Positions 55,481 to 64,000 of a DNA stretch of 64,000 nt are shown here, piece after piece. The stretch's first letter is position 1. Every line of letters starts with the position of its first letter. The notes beneath the pieces were generated by a model. That model did not search any database and was not told the origin of the DNA. It saw only the letters and a program-made list of their open reading frames with translations. The DNA comes from Candidatus Kaiserbacteria bacterium RIFCSPLOWO2_01_FULL_45_25 (GTDB taxonomy: Bacteria; Patescibacteriota; Minisyncoccia; Phycocordibacterales; UBA918). The stretch covers positions 6,485 to 70,484 of the forward strand of contig MFLT01000012.1 of NCBI GenBank assembly GCA_001781415.1, read 5' to 3'. The position numbers and the translations under genes were made by a program.

Positions 55481-57127
55481 TTATTCACGCTTCGCATCAT
55501 CTCCAACGTAGACGGTCAAAGTTTTATCACTAACGTCGTTTGTTTCGTACGTTGAAATAGGAGCATTATTTAAGACTGAACTGAGACGAAGAGCTTCGGT
55601 CTCTTCTCCAGCCTTATAGATAACAACCGTACGTTTTTGTGGACTAGTGGTTTCTGACTTTAAGGTGGTTACCTTATAACCAAGAGCTTCAAGTTTGAGT
55701 CTCACCTCAGCTCCAAGACCAGGTACACCACTCCGATTAATGACCGCCACCGGTGGCAGGTGTTCACTGACAGTGAACTGACTTAGCTTGCGCTCGTTAC
55801 GGAGCTGATTATAAATAATCTCTTCCGATGTCAAAGTCACATTACTATCAGCATTTTCATACACCACTTCGTAATTACGTTGATTAGTGGTAGCGCTTCC
55901 GACATACCAGGCAATAAAACCAATAAATATTCCTATCACTAGAATACCAATAAAGAATAGTTGGTACTTTTTAATAAACACCAGAATTTGACGCAAATAA
56001 CCCAGGGCATCTTTGGCTGTTGCCAAGTGAAGTTTTAAATCAACATAACCTCTGGTCACAGGCGTATGAAGCTTAACCGCTTTTTGGGCACGGAATTTTT
56101 CTACCACCAAGCCGTTCTTTTTGGCTGCCTGATATTCTTCTACATTAATACCCGCCATCACCAGCATGTGTCGTACATATAGACGAACAAACCAACTAAT
56201 TAGTGCCCCGAAGAGTACTAATCCGAGCAAAATACCAAATAATAATTTGAATGGAATCACCCAAAACTCGGTTTGCATGGAAGCGAATTGCCGCGATTCA
56301 CTACCATAAGCTAAAGTGGCTACTGCGGTGTAGCGGCCAATATCAGCCATTGACCATTCTCCTTTCCAAGAAAAAGTAAATTTACGAATACTCTCGGGCA
56401 AAACGTTACCAAACTGTGAAGCTTGATTAATTGGGATTAAACCACGCTCTTCACCCCACATGTTGGTGATTTTAATTTCTCCCTGTGGTTGCAGGTGAAC
56501 ATTACCTTTGTTTTCAAAACGAAGATCAAAAGTTACTTCTGGAGATCCGAGGAAACGATCAGTGGTGGTAAATTCACGAATGGTACCTTCTTCAATAATG
56601 TCTCCAGCTACCCTAGCAAAGAAAAGTGAAGTGACCATCTGTGAAGTTTGAACCTTCGCTTGTCCAGCTTCAGGAGTTGGCGGTTTGGTGCCAACAAGAA
56701 TTGCTGCGAAGTGTCCACCTGGACTAGCATCAAATGGTACACGAACTGAAAAAGGAATTTCTAGTGATTGTTCACGTGGGACTATGATGGCACCACGTTC
56801 GATTGTGAACCACTCGGCCAAAGTAACCCCTTCACCCTCACCTGGAGTAACCGGCATAAACCTACCTTCTCCACTCTCACCGCGGGGCACAAAGTTCACC
56901 ACATCAACATAAACAGTTAGGTCGTAATCGTTTACGTTAATAACCCGAAGATTACTACGCCACTCCTGTCCAGGATTTACGGACATATCAAAGAGTGACG
57001 GCGAGATGCTCAGTGTAAGCGACTCTTGAGCCTGAACCGCGTTTGCACCAAAGACAACAAAACCAAGGACTAGTACTCCAAAAAATTTAAGCCCCGCCCT
57101 TGAGATTGATGTCATGATCGTATTCAT
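55481..57127 (-). CDS. surface protein paralog B (signal peptide, two beta-rich domains, TM, long C-terminal region)
   Basis: start reassigned to MNTIMTSISRAGLKFFGVLVL... (ATG 57127..57125); paralogous to 57087..58094 (HFAAILVGTK / HAFVGFAAG; NKGNVHLQPQGEIKITN / NTGDVPLQPTGDVIIYD). Confidence 0.6.
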   Translation of the reverse strand: MNTIMTSISRAGLKFFGVLVLGFVVFGANAVQAQESLTLSISPSLFDMSVNPGQEWRSNLRVINVNDYDLTVYVDVVNFVPRGESGEGRFMPVTPGEGEGVTLAEWFTIERGAIIVPREQSLEIPFSVRVPFDASPGGHFAAILVGTKPPTPEAGQAKVQTSQMVTSLFFARVAGDIIEEGTIREFTTTDRFLGSPEVTFDLRFENKGNVHLQPQGEIKITNMWGEERGLIPINQASQFGNVLPESIRKFTFSWKGEWSMADIGRYTAVATLAYGSESRQFASMQTEFWVIPFKLLFGILLGLVLFGALISWFVRLYVRHMLVMAGINVEEYQAAKKNGLVVEKFRAQKAVKLHTPVTRGYVDLKLHLATAKDALGYLRQILVFIKKYQLFFIGILVIGIFIGFIAWYVGSATTNQRNYEVVYENADSNVTLTSEEIIYNQLRNERKLSQFTVSEHLPPVAVINRSGVPGLGAEVRLKLEALGYKVTTLKSETTSPQKRTVVIYKAGEETEALRLSSVLNNAPISTYETNDVSDKTLTVYVGDDAKRE

Positions 57128-58094
57128 TGTGCTCACGTTTCTTACCGACAAACATTGGAACATCTTGTGGCTCTGCCTCTTCAACATAACTTGAACGTTT
57201 AAGATTTCGACGGAGCAAGATTACCAAAATGGTTAAAACTATGGCTAATAATACCATGATAATGACCAAATAGAACCAAGGTATTGAATAGTAAAAATTA
57301 GTGTCATAAAGAGCTGCCCGGTTTTGTACTCCGTATTCTAGTGACAAATAAGCCTTATTTTTACCTAACCGGTTCATAAAAGGTAGCGGTTTGGTATAAG
57401 TGACCTTCTCGCCAGGGGCGATAATAGTCTTTGACTCGTCCTCAAGAGAAACTGAGGTGAGCTCTCGGCCGCGAGAATCATAAATAATCACGTCGCCGGT
57501 CGGTTGAAGCGGCACATCACCAGTGTTTTCAAGAATATAAGTTATCTGGCCTTTGTCGGGCGAAATACTGAAGCGGTCGGTAGTAAATGACACCAGACGA
57601 AGAAACTCTTCTTGTTTAGAACCAACCACAATGCGAATCACAGCACCCATTCCCTGCCCCTCGAGCACCTTGGCTTGAGCAATATCACGATTTGATCCAG
57701 CAGCAAAGCCGACAAAAGCGTGGTAAGTACCAGGCGGTGCCTTTTGATTGACTCTAATTGTGAGTGGAACTTCGGTTGTTTCTCCCGCTGGTAATTCAAT
57801 TCGACCGCGGGTAATTTCAATCCAACTTGTAACAGCGGTGGTTCGCTCACTCATGGAAGCTGGTACAAAACTTTTTATTTCACTCTCGTCACCAACAGTA
57901 ATTTCGTTTACTGAGGCGTACAGCCTGACTGGCCGGCTGTCAAAGTTGGTTATGGTAAGAGTTTTGGTAAAAGTGTCGTGTGGCTCAGCCTCGATATCAA
58001 TAATCATTGGTGAAACTGAGTATTCAGCCTGTACCGAAGCAAACGGCAGAACCAGGAGGACAAAGATAAGCGCAAAGAAATTTTTTGAATTCAT
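57087..58094 (-). CDS. surface protein paralog A (signal peptide + C-terminal TM anchor; CscA/DUF916-like topology)
   Basis: 335 aa; MNSKNFFALIFVLLVLPFASVQA signal peptide; C-terminal LVIIMVLLAIVLTILVILL TM + basic tail. Confidence 0.6.
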   Translation of the reverse strand: MNSKNFFALIFVLLVLPFASVQAEYSVSPMIIDIEAEPHDTFTKTLTITNFDSRPVRLYASVNEITVGDESEIKSFVPASMSERTTAVTSWIEITRGRIELPAGETTEVPLTIRVNQKAPPGTYHAFVGFAAGSNRDIAQAKVLEGQGMGAVIRIVVGSKQEEFLRLVSFTTDRFSISPDKGQITYILENTGDVPLQPTGDVIIYDSRGRELTSVSLEDESKTIIAPGEKVTYTKPLPFMNRLGKNKAYLSLEYGVQNRAALYDTNFYYSIPWFYLVIIMVLLAIVLTILVILLRRNLKRSSYVEEAEPQDVPMFVGKKREHNEYDHDINLKGGA

Positions 58095-58100
58095 AGGTAA

Positions 58101-61100
58101 CTAATACGATGGTACGGCTAAGTAAACAATTTCGGTTTCATATGATCCGGCTGGCTGAAGCTGATTAACCTTTATTCGATACACTATATCATGGGTATCA
58201 GAACTTGGAATTCCACTATACATCACCTCAACTGGAGTGGTTTCCAGTGCCGCATAAGTGTCTGTGGCCGCAAAGCGAGTAGAGCCATTTTTGAGAGTTG
58301 GATCAGTCACATGATAACCGAAGCAGCCAGTTGAAGTTGGAGCACAGGCGTCCGCCCAACTATCAGGAACCAAGTTAGTGGCCGCAATTGGCGGGATAAA
58401 TACCCCAGCCTGACTTTGAAGTTGCTGACGAGCAAACTTAAATAACTGATAGCCCTCAGTAGCATTACTTTCTACTGTGACACGATGAGCACCGATATAC
58501 TCAGTGCCGAGATTAAGAAAGCCAAACCCAATACCAGTTGGAGAAGACGGGACGTCGGTTATTACTCCTGCTGTTGAAGTGCCTGAGGGTAGCCCACTTA
58601 GGGAGAAGTTCAAATACGGCCCTTCAATCACGAGCGACGGAAATGTATTACTGTCGACATGATTTACCGGAGCGTCGTTTGACACATCATATAAGCGGAA
58701 ATAATACACGGCCTGCACTCGTGCTGCCACCTGTCTGATAGTGAAGCTGTGCTCCTTGGTGGTACTGGCATAATGAATGTCGCCAGTGGCGTACTCTCCT
58801 GATGAGTTGTGAACTCCACAACCAAATCCAGCCCCAGCCACACAGCTATCACTACCAGTAAGTACACTAGTGGTGATGGTTTGATTATCTGGAGAAGACC
58901 CTTCGGCGTAGCACCACAGTGATCCCTCCAAGCAGCTAGAAGTGGCCGTCACATCATAGGCGGTGGCGAAAGTTGGATCCTCTGAATATTGAAGTTTGAA
59001 TTTTATATTGTCACCCTGAACGTTTCGTCGCTCAGTCACGGCAATGCGGAGGGCCAATGTATCATTGTTGGCGATATTAGTTGGAGCCACCTCCTCAAGA
59101 GCCAGTGGCGTCACTGGTGTTTCATTGTTTATGTCACTATACCAACGCCAAACGGTAGTGGCTGGGGTGTAACCAGCGGTTCTAATTTGTGGGTAGTTGT
59201 TATATCCATCAAGCGGAGTACCGTCACTTTTTACGGCTCTAAAACAATAAGTTGATTGTGGGATGGCGCCGTTATGCTCCAGGTGCCAATCGTATTCAAT
59301 ATCATTTCCATCAAGAGTTGGGTACGGATTGGCTACTGTAGGATTTTGTTGAGCCAACGAACCAGAAATATCAGCTACCGAAATTAACAAATCTCCAGGA
59401 TTTGGGGGATTGGTAGACAATGATTGTCCATCGGTGGTAGTGGCTGAGGCAAAACCACGCCAGACTGTACCACTACTAATGGCTCCAACATCAAACCACG
59501 AACCACTATCTATAGCCGAACAAGTAGTAGCGCGCACTCCATATTGTAATTTAAAGTTAACAAACCCAGCGGGCATATTGGCGTTACTAGTTCTGACCGT
59601 CATTCTGATTCGTACCCGATCGCCAGTACCAAGTGGTTCGTCTGCAATGGTAATTGAGGTATTCTCTCCTAGACCAGCCAGATTTGGTGGCCAGGCTTCC
59701 GTTGGAGTTAGTTCACCATTATTGACATAAAAACGATAATAATTCTGACGAAGTGACAAATCAGCCACTGGCCATTCAATCAGTTCTACTCGATACGTCA
59801 TGTTGGTACCAGTGTTACTACGCCAAATTGTGTAAGTAGAGGTACTAGTGAGCCCAAAGCCCGCCAATGGTCTTGGGTAGGTAGTGTTGGCTCCAGCTGC
59901 TCTAGTATTGGCCATAATGGAGGTATTATTTACCGAAGCCACTGGCGTTGGTAAGTTTACAGTCAGAGTTAACGGCCCAGTTCCACCGTTAGTGGCACCA
60001 TTGGAGCGCTGCACATTCATTTCACCTAAACCACTCTGAATATTTTCGACTACCCAAGCTACGGAAGTTTGTTCAACTGCCACACTGGCGCCTGTTTCTA
60101 GTTGGAAAGAAATTGCCCCAATACTAGACAGCCATACTTCGTGACCAAAATGCACGACGTTGGTGGTAGCACCCATCCGTTTCTGAACATGCAAAAAAGT
60201 CCGAGCCAAGCTATTCACAGCGGTGATACTTTCGGTTTCAGTGACACCGGCAGCAGCGTAACTATGTTCTGCTCGTTGTATCTGCCAATTAGTACCCACA
60301 AATTCAACTACCGCATAACTAACATTAGCAATACTGGCACCAGAGGCACCACGTCTAAATACAGGCGACTGAGTCACACTGTCCCACTCGGATGTCACTA
60401 GACCAGCGTAAAAGTTTCGAGAAGCATTACGGTTTTCGACGCCAGTCACAAAGACCACCACGTCACTATCGTTAGTTATTCCAGTCACCGGTGTTCCAGT
60501 AGCAACAACAGTAGCTGTCGTATAAGAGACAGTACCAACCGAACGTACCCTTATCTCGTTGTCAGTATCTTGCTTTCCGATAAACTCAACAATCTCCCAC
60601 TCTACTCTGGTGTTTGAGGTGGCAGCTGGAGGCCTGGTAATGGTAAAGCTGGTAAGTAAATTCTCTGGATTTGATATGTAAGCAGTGACATCGTCAGCGT
60701 TTTGTCCGGCAGTGGCTGAGGTGTTACCCGCACCCGTCTGGTGTGAATTTGTGATGCGCACAAAAGCCAGGCTTGAACTGGCCGGAGCTACATAGTCTGT
60801 ACCAGCCACCAAAGTTGCACTGGTGCCTGAGACTTGGGTTATGCCGCGCTGAATTTTGAAGTCACGTTTGGGAGCAGTAGTTATTTCTGCATAGTTAGTG
60901 TACACAGACAACGGTGTACCATTAGCCGACACTCTAAAACAATAAGTTGTCCCGTATGAGGTAAATTCAGTCGAAGTTATACTGTATTCAAGTTCAACAT
61001 AGTCATTGGTAGGAATACTTGTGCTGGCTGATAGGGATTCAGTGTCACGCACGCCACCATTGGGAGTAATAAAGGTACCAGGTGAATTACTGACTCCTCC

Positions 61101-64000
61101 ACTACCTACAGCCAAGTTGGTGGTATCGCTACCATTAGTCAAAAAAGTAGAGTCAAACATATCCCAACCATCAAGTGATGAATCAACGTCTGTCCAAACT
61201 GTAGCGGTATCACAAGTAGTAATACGTGGTGCGTACTCTAGCCTAAATCTATTCTCAGGACCAGTTACACTTCCAGTGTTTGTAACCGCTAAGCGTAGAC
61301 GAATTGGCGACTCAAGACTAAAGTCAGACAGAAGGGTGTTTTCGGTGCCACCAGTGGCTGAAGTAGCTGCTGTTTCGTTCCCATTATCATTTCGCCAATG
61401 GTAGTTTGTTTGAGTAAGAATTGGACCAACCACCGTTGTCTCTCCAGAGATCATCACTTGACCAGATGGTCCAATACTAGCCCCACCACTAGCCGCCACG
61501 TCGGTGGCTGGAGAATTAATAGCTAGACTGATGGTATCACCGTTATTGGCGTCAGCCGAAACGTCATAGACCACATACAAACAAAGTGTGGCAGTGGTTG
61601 AACTTATGACTGAGTCTGTAAAAATCGCGCTGCCGGCAGTATCGGTAAACCCTCCAGTGACGGTACTACCATACTGACTTTCGGTACCAGCATAAGTCTC
61701 CGATGAGCAGTTATAAGGAGCACTGCTATCTAAATCATAATACAACCTAATATTATCCAGCCCAGCCACTTCATCAATTGTGCCAAGTTCAGTGACCGTA
61801 ACTGAAGTTATGTTACGTGATGAGGAGTTTTCAATAATGGCAAAACTACCGCCGGCATAAACATCACTAGCACCAACGGTGGCATTGGTAGTAAGAGTAC
61901 CCAGACTGGATACAGTAACATCCGAATTGATAGTAACAGTTGGGTAATTTGAATACACACTCAGAGGCTGACCCCCGCCAGTGATACGGAAACAATAGGT
62001 CAATCCCTCCTCGGCTGTACTTGAAGCCATAATAGAAAATTCTGCTTCAAAAAAGTCATTCTGATTAAGGGTCAGTGACGGTGTGGTGTTGTTACTGTCA
62101 CGCAGGGCTCCGTTAGTTGTTAGGTAGTTTGTACTTGGCAAATTTGTCAGTCCGCCGTTACCAACAGTTATGTCGGTAGTATCTGAGCCATCAGTAATAT
62201 TGGACGAGTCAGCCATTTGCCACACGGCACTCACATCACCCACTGTCGACCAAGTGACAATATCTGTACAACTTGGTGCCGCCACACCATACTCAAGACT
62301 ATAAGTAGTAGGTACGCTACTAGTTGAACCTTGATTGGCAATACCAAGACGGAGTCTAATTAATTCCTCTTTTTGTAATGACGTTAATGGAGTATTCTCG
62401 GTGCCACCAGTCGCTGAAGTGGCTCCACTTTCAGAACCATCATCATTACGCCAATGATAAGCAAATTGAGTAAGGCTGGAATCCACTACAGTGGTCGTAC
62501 CAGGAAGTAGCACTGCCGATGAAGGAAACACTTCCAGTCCTCCCGAAACGAGAATGTCGTTAACTGGATCAGCTACCAAAATTTCTATAGTGTCTCCGTC
62601 TTGGGCATTGCTATTGATATCAAACACTACATAAAAACACATTGTCTGAGTTGTATTGATTGAAACTGGTGACGCTGTAAACGAAGCCACACCATCAGCA
62701 CCAGAAAATCCACCTGAGACAGTACCGCCAAATTGTGAATCCCCTCCCGCATAACTTTCAGAACTACAATCGTAGGGAGAGGAAGTATCAAGATCATAAA
62801 ACAGACGCACATTACTGACCGAGCCCTGGGCATCTAGAGTTCCATTTTCTGAAATCACAATTGATGAGACGGTCTGAGCCGACTTGGCATCCAAACTAAA
62901 TGAACCGCCAATATACTGATCAGTCACAGAATTTCTTACTTGACTAACTTGAGTGCCAAGACCGGTGAGAATAATCTGCGGGCCAATGTCAGCTACTGTC
63001 TCTCCATACAAGTCCAAAGCTCCTGATGCGTTATACCAGGTTGTATACAGTCTTTCATAACCCATGAGGTTCATATCAACGCCGTACAAATCACCAGCAG
63101 TAGTTGTGAGTGGGCCAGCTTCAGCATCCCAGGTATTCATATTGTCAGTTGAACGTCTATAGTAAACTCGTCCGGTGGAAGCTGTAGCGAGGGTGTCACG
63201 AATGGAATAGGCAGCGTATATATCACCATTGTTAAGATCACGCCCTACAGCTACCTGATGTAGTCCGCGCCCAGCGATGTTGGTAAACACGTTTGCGGTA
63301 GCAGACCATGAACCAGCAGAAAATATAGCGGTGCGGATATCATGATCAGCAGTCACAAACTCATTGTTATCAGCAGCGTAAACCAAATAAATATCACCGC
63401 TAGCAATATCGACAGTTGCAGCCATACCTACGTCATAAGTGGCATTTCCAGCTGAGGCGGCGTCAATAGTATTAAAACCAGACCAAGAAGAACCATTCCA
63501 AGTACTGGAACGGATAACATGTGTGGTACTACGATTGATGAGCAAAACACTTCCACTTGGTAGTGGCATAAGCAAAGACCAACTGTTAGCGTTGCCTTGG
63601 GGGGCTGTACCAGTTGCAGACCAGTTACCACTAACGCCACAACTGGTGGAGCAGCGTCGGATATGAGTACCATTACTGTCGTCTATGTTTATATAAACAG
63701 TGCCGTCAGTTCCTTTAGTGATTGAGACAACGTTTGTGCCCGCTGCGTAGGTAGTGGCGACCCCGGGCATAGTACTGATACTAGTGGACACAAGTAATGT
63801 GTCGGTAGAAGTGTCAAGGTTATTGTAAAAAATCTCATCGTTACCAGTATCAAAAGTAGCAATGTGAATTATGGTACCAGTATCACCAGGAGTCCACTGG
63901 TCGTACCAAACCGATACTGCCACACAGTCAGTCTGACTATCGACCCGCACTCTTGCCCCCCAAGTATTTCCCCCATCTGTAGTCTTGCTATAAACACACA
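58101..64000 (-). CDS. giant secreted repeat protein (>=1965 aa, N-terminus beyond window) with BNR/Asp-box motifs and >=4 tandem ~190-aa modules
   Basis: frame open to window edge (track 'start' at 63950 is GTG, upstream codons ...YSKTTDGGNTWGAR have no stop); Asp-box-like SKTTDGGNTW, STDNMNTW; modules marked by Y[HR]WRNDxG...IRLR...FRLEY...YCFR...PL..YxNYP. Confidence 0.7.
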   Translation of the reverse strand, partial: CVYSKTTDGGNTWGARVRVDSQTDCVAVSVWYDQWTPGDTGTIIHIATFDTGNDEIFYNNLDTSTDTLLVSTSISTMPGVATTYAAGTNVVSITKGTDGTVYINIDDSNGTHIRRCSTSCGVSGNWSATGTAPQGNANSWSLLMPLPSGSVLLINRSTTHVIRSSTWNGSSWSGFNTIDAASAGNATYDVGMAATVDIASGDIYLVYAADNNEFVTADHDIRTAIFSAGSWSATANVFTNIAGRGLHQVAVGRDLNNGDIYAAYSIRDTLATASTGRVYYRRSTDNMNTWDAEAGPLTTTAGDLYGVDMNLMGYERLYTTWYNASGALDLYGETVADIGPQIILTGLGTQVSQVRNSVTDQYIGGSFSLDAKSAQTVSSIVISENGTLDAQGSVSNVRLFYDLDTSSPYDCSSESYAGGDSQFGGTVSGGFSGADGVASFTASPVSINTTQTMCFYVVFDINSNAQDGDTIEILVADPVNDILVSGGLEVFPSSAVLLPGTTTVVDSSLTQFAYHWRNDDGSESGATSATGGTENTPLTSLQKEELIRLRLGIANQGSTSSVPTTYSLEYGVAAPSCTDIVTWSTVGDVSAVWQMADSSNITDGSDTTDITVGNGGLTNLPSTNYLTTNGALRDSNNTTPSLTLNQNDFFEAEFSIMASSTAEEGLTYCFRITGGGQPLSVYSNYPTVTINSDVTVSSLGTLTTNATVGASDVYAGGSFAIIENSSSRNITSVTVTELGTIDEVAGLDNIRLYYDLDSSAPYNCSSETYAGTESQYGSTVTGGFTDTAGSAIFTDSVISSTTATLCLYVVYDVSADANNGDTISLAINSPATDVAASGGASIGPSGQVMISGETTVVGPILTQTNYHWRNDNGNETAATSATGGTENTLLSDFSLESPIRLRLAVTNTGSVTGPENRFRLEYAPRITTCDTATVWTDVDSSLDGWDMFDSTFLTNGSDTTNLAVGSGGVSNSPGTFITPNGGVRDTESLSASTSIPTNDYVELEYSITSTEFTSYGTTYCFRVSANGTPLSVYTNYAEITTAPKRDFKIQRGITQVSGTSATLVAGTDYVAPASSSLAFVRITNSHQTGAGNTSATAGQNADDVTAYISNPENLLTSFTITRPPAATSNTRVEWEIVEFIGKQDTDNEIRVRSVGTVSYTTATVVATGTPVTGITNDSDVVVFVTGVENRNASRNFYAGLVTSEWDSVTQSPVFRRGASGASIANVSYAVVEFVGTNWQIQRAEHSYAAAGVTETESITAVNSLARTFLHVQKRMGATTNVVHFGHEVWLSSIGAISFQLETGASVAVEQTSVAWVVENIQSGLGEMNVQRSNGATNGGTGPLTLTVNLPTPVASVNNTSIMANTRAAGANTTYPRPLAGFGLTSTSTYTIWRSNTGTNMTYRVELIEWPVADLSLRQNYYRFYVNNGELTPTEAWPPNLAGLGENTSITIADEPLGTGDRVRIRMTVRTSNANMPAGFVNFKLQYGVRATTCSAIDSGSWFDVGAISSGTVWRGFASATTTDGQSLSTNPPNPGDLLISVADISGSLAQQNPTVANPYPTLDGNDIEYDWHLEHNGAIPQSTYCFRAVKSDGTPLDGYNNYPQIRTAGYTPATTVWRWYSDINNETPVTPLALEEVAPTNIANNDTLALRIAVTERRNVQGDNIKFKLQYSEDPTFATAYDVTATSSCLEGSLWCYAEGSSPDNQTITTSVLTGSDSCVAGAGFGCGVHNSSGEYATGDIHYASTTKEHSFTIRQVAARVQAVYYFRLYDVSNDAPVNHVDSNTFPSLVIEGPYLNFSLSGLPSGTSTAGVITDVPSSPTGIGFGFLNLGTEYIGAHRVTVESNATEGYQLFKFARQQLQSQAGVFIPPIAATNLVPDSWADACAPTSTGCFGYHVTDPTLKNGSTRFAATDTYAALETTPVEVMYSGIPSSDTHDIVYRIKVNQLQPAGSYETEIVYLAVPSY

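Noticed and set aside
1-64000. CRISPR arrays, integrase/transposase/recombinase genes, prophage structural genes
   Set aside because: No regularly spaced direct repeats were seen. No ORF has integrase, transposase or phage structural motifs. The GC-rich islets and tRNA-fragment repeats therefore lack an identifiable mobility gene within this window.

Overview
Features and findings are from manual reading of the six-frame ORF track and the raw sequence; no similarity searches were run.

The window is a gene-dense, low-to-moderate GC bacterial chromosomal segment. Almost all genes are on the minus strand. It has a reduced-genome flavour: many small orphan ORFs, large secreted or surface proteins, and few regulators. 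This is compatible with a Patescibacteria/Saccharibacteria-like organism, but that is an inference.

Recognisable housekeeping genes:
- leuS, which carries an embedded Nudix box
- ychF, nirK-type copper nitrite reductase, an FAD-linked oxidase
- two MltG/YceG paralogs, sppA
- a PGM/PMM-family mutase, a phosphoribosyltransferase, a TrmB-like regulator
- ddl, uvrC, uvrA, uvrB
- an HD-domain (p)ppGpp hydrolase, tgt, FKBP, CapA, an AI-2E transporter
- two tRNA-Ala genes (GGC and UGC)

Unusual content:
1. A 3' terminal surface locus at 54.4-64 kb. A giant secreted protein of at least 1965 aa (BNR/Asp-box N-terminal part plus at least four tandem ~190-aa modules) runs off the window. It is followed by two paralogous proteins with a signal peptide and C-terminal TM anchor, a small membrane protein, and a cysteine-less thioredoxin-fold protein.
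2. A trio of secreted Gly/Asp-rich repeat proteins at 25.3-29.1 kb.
3. Both tRNA-Ala genes are followed by plus-strand, inverted partial copies of their own 3' ends, arranged around terminator hairpins.
4. Several short GC-rich islets encoding lipoproteins or orphans.
5. A run of small orphan genes, each with its own terminator hairpin.
6. A 28-bp palindrome present at two distant intergenic sites.

No integrase, transposase or CRISPR array was seen.
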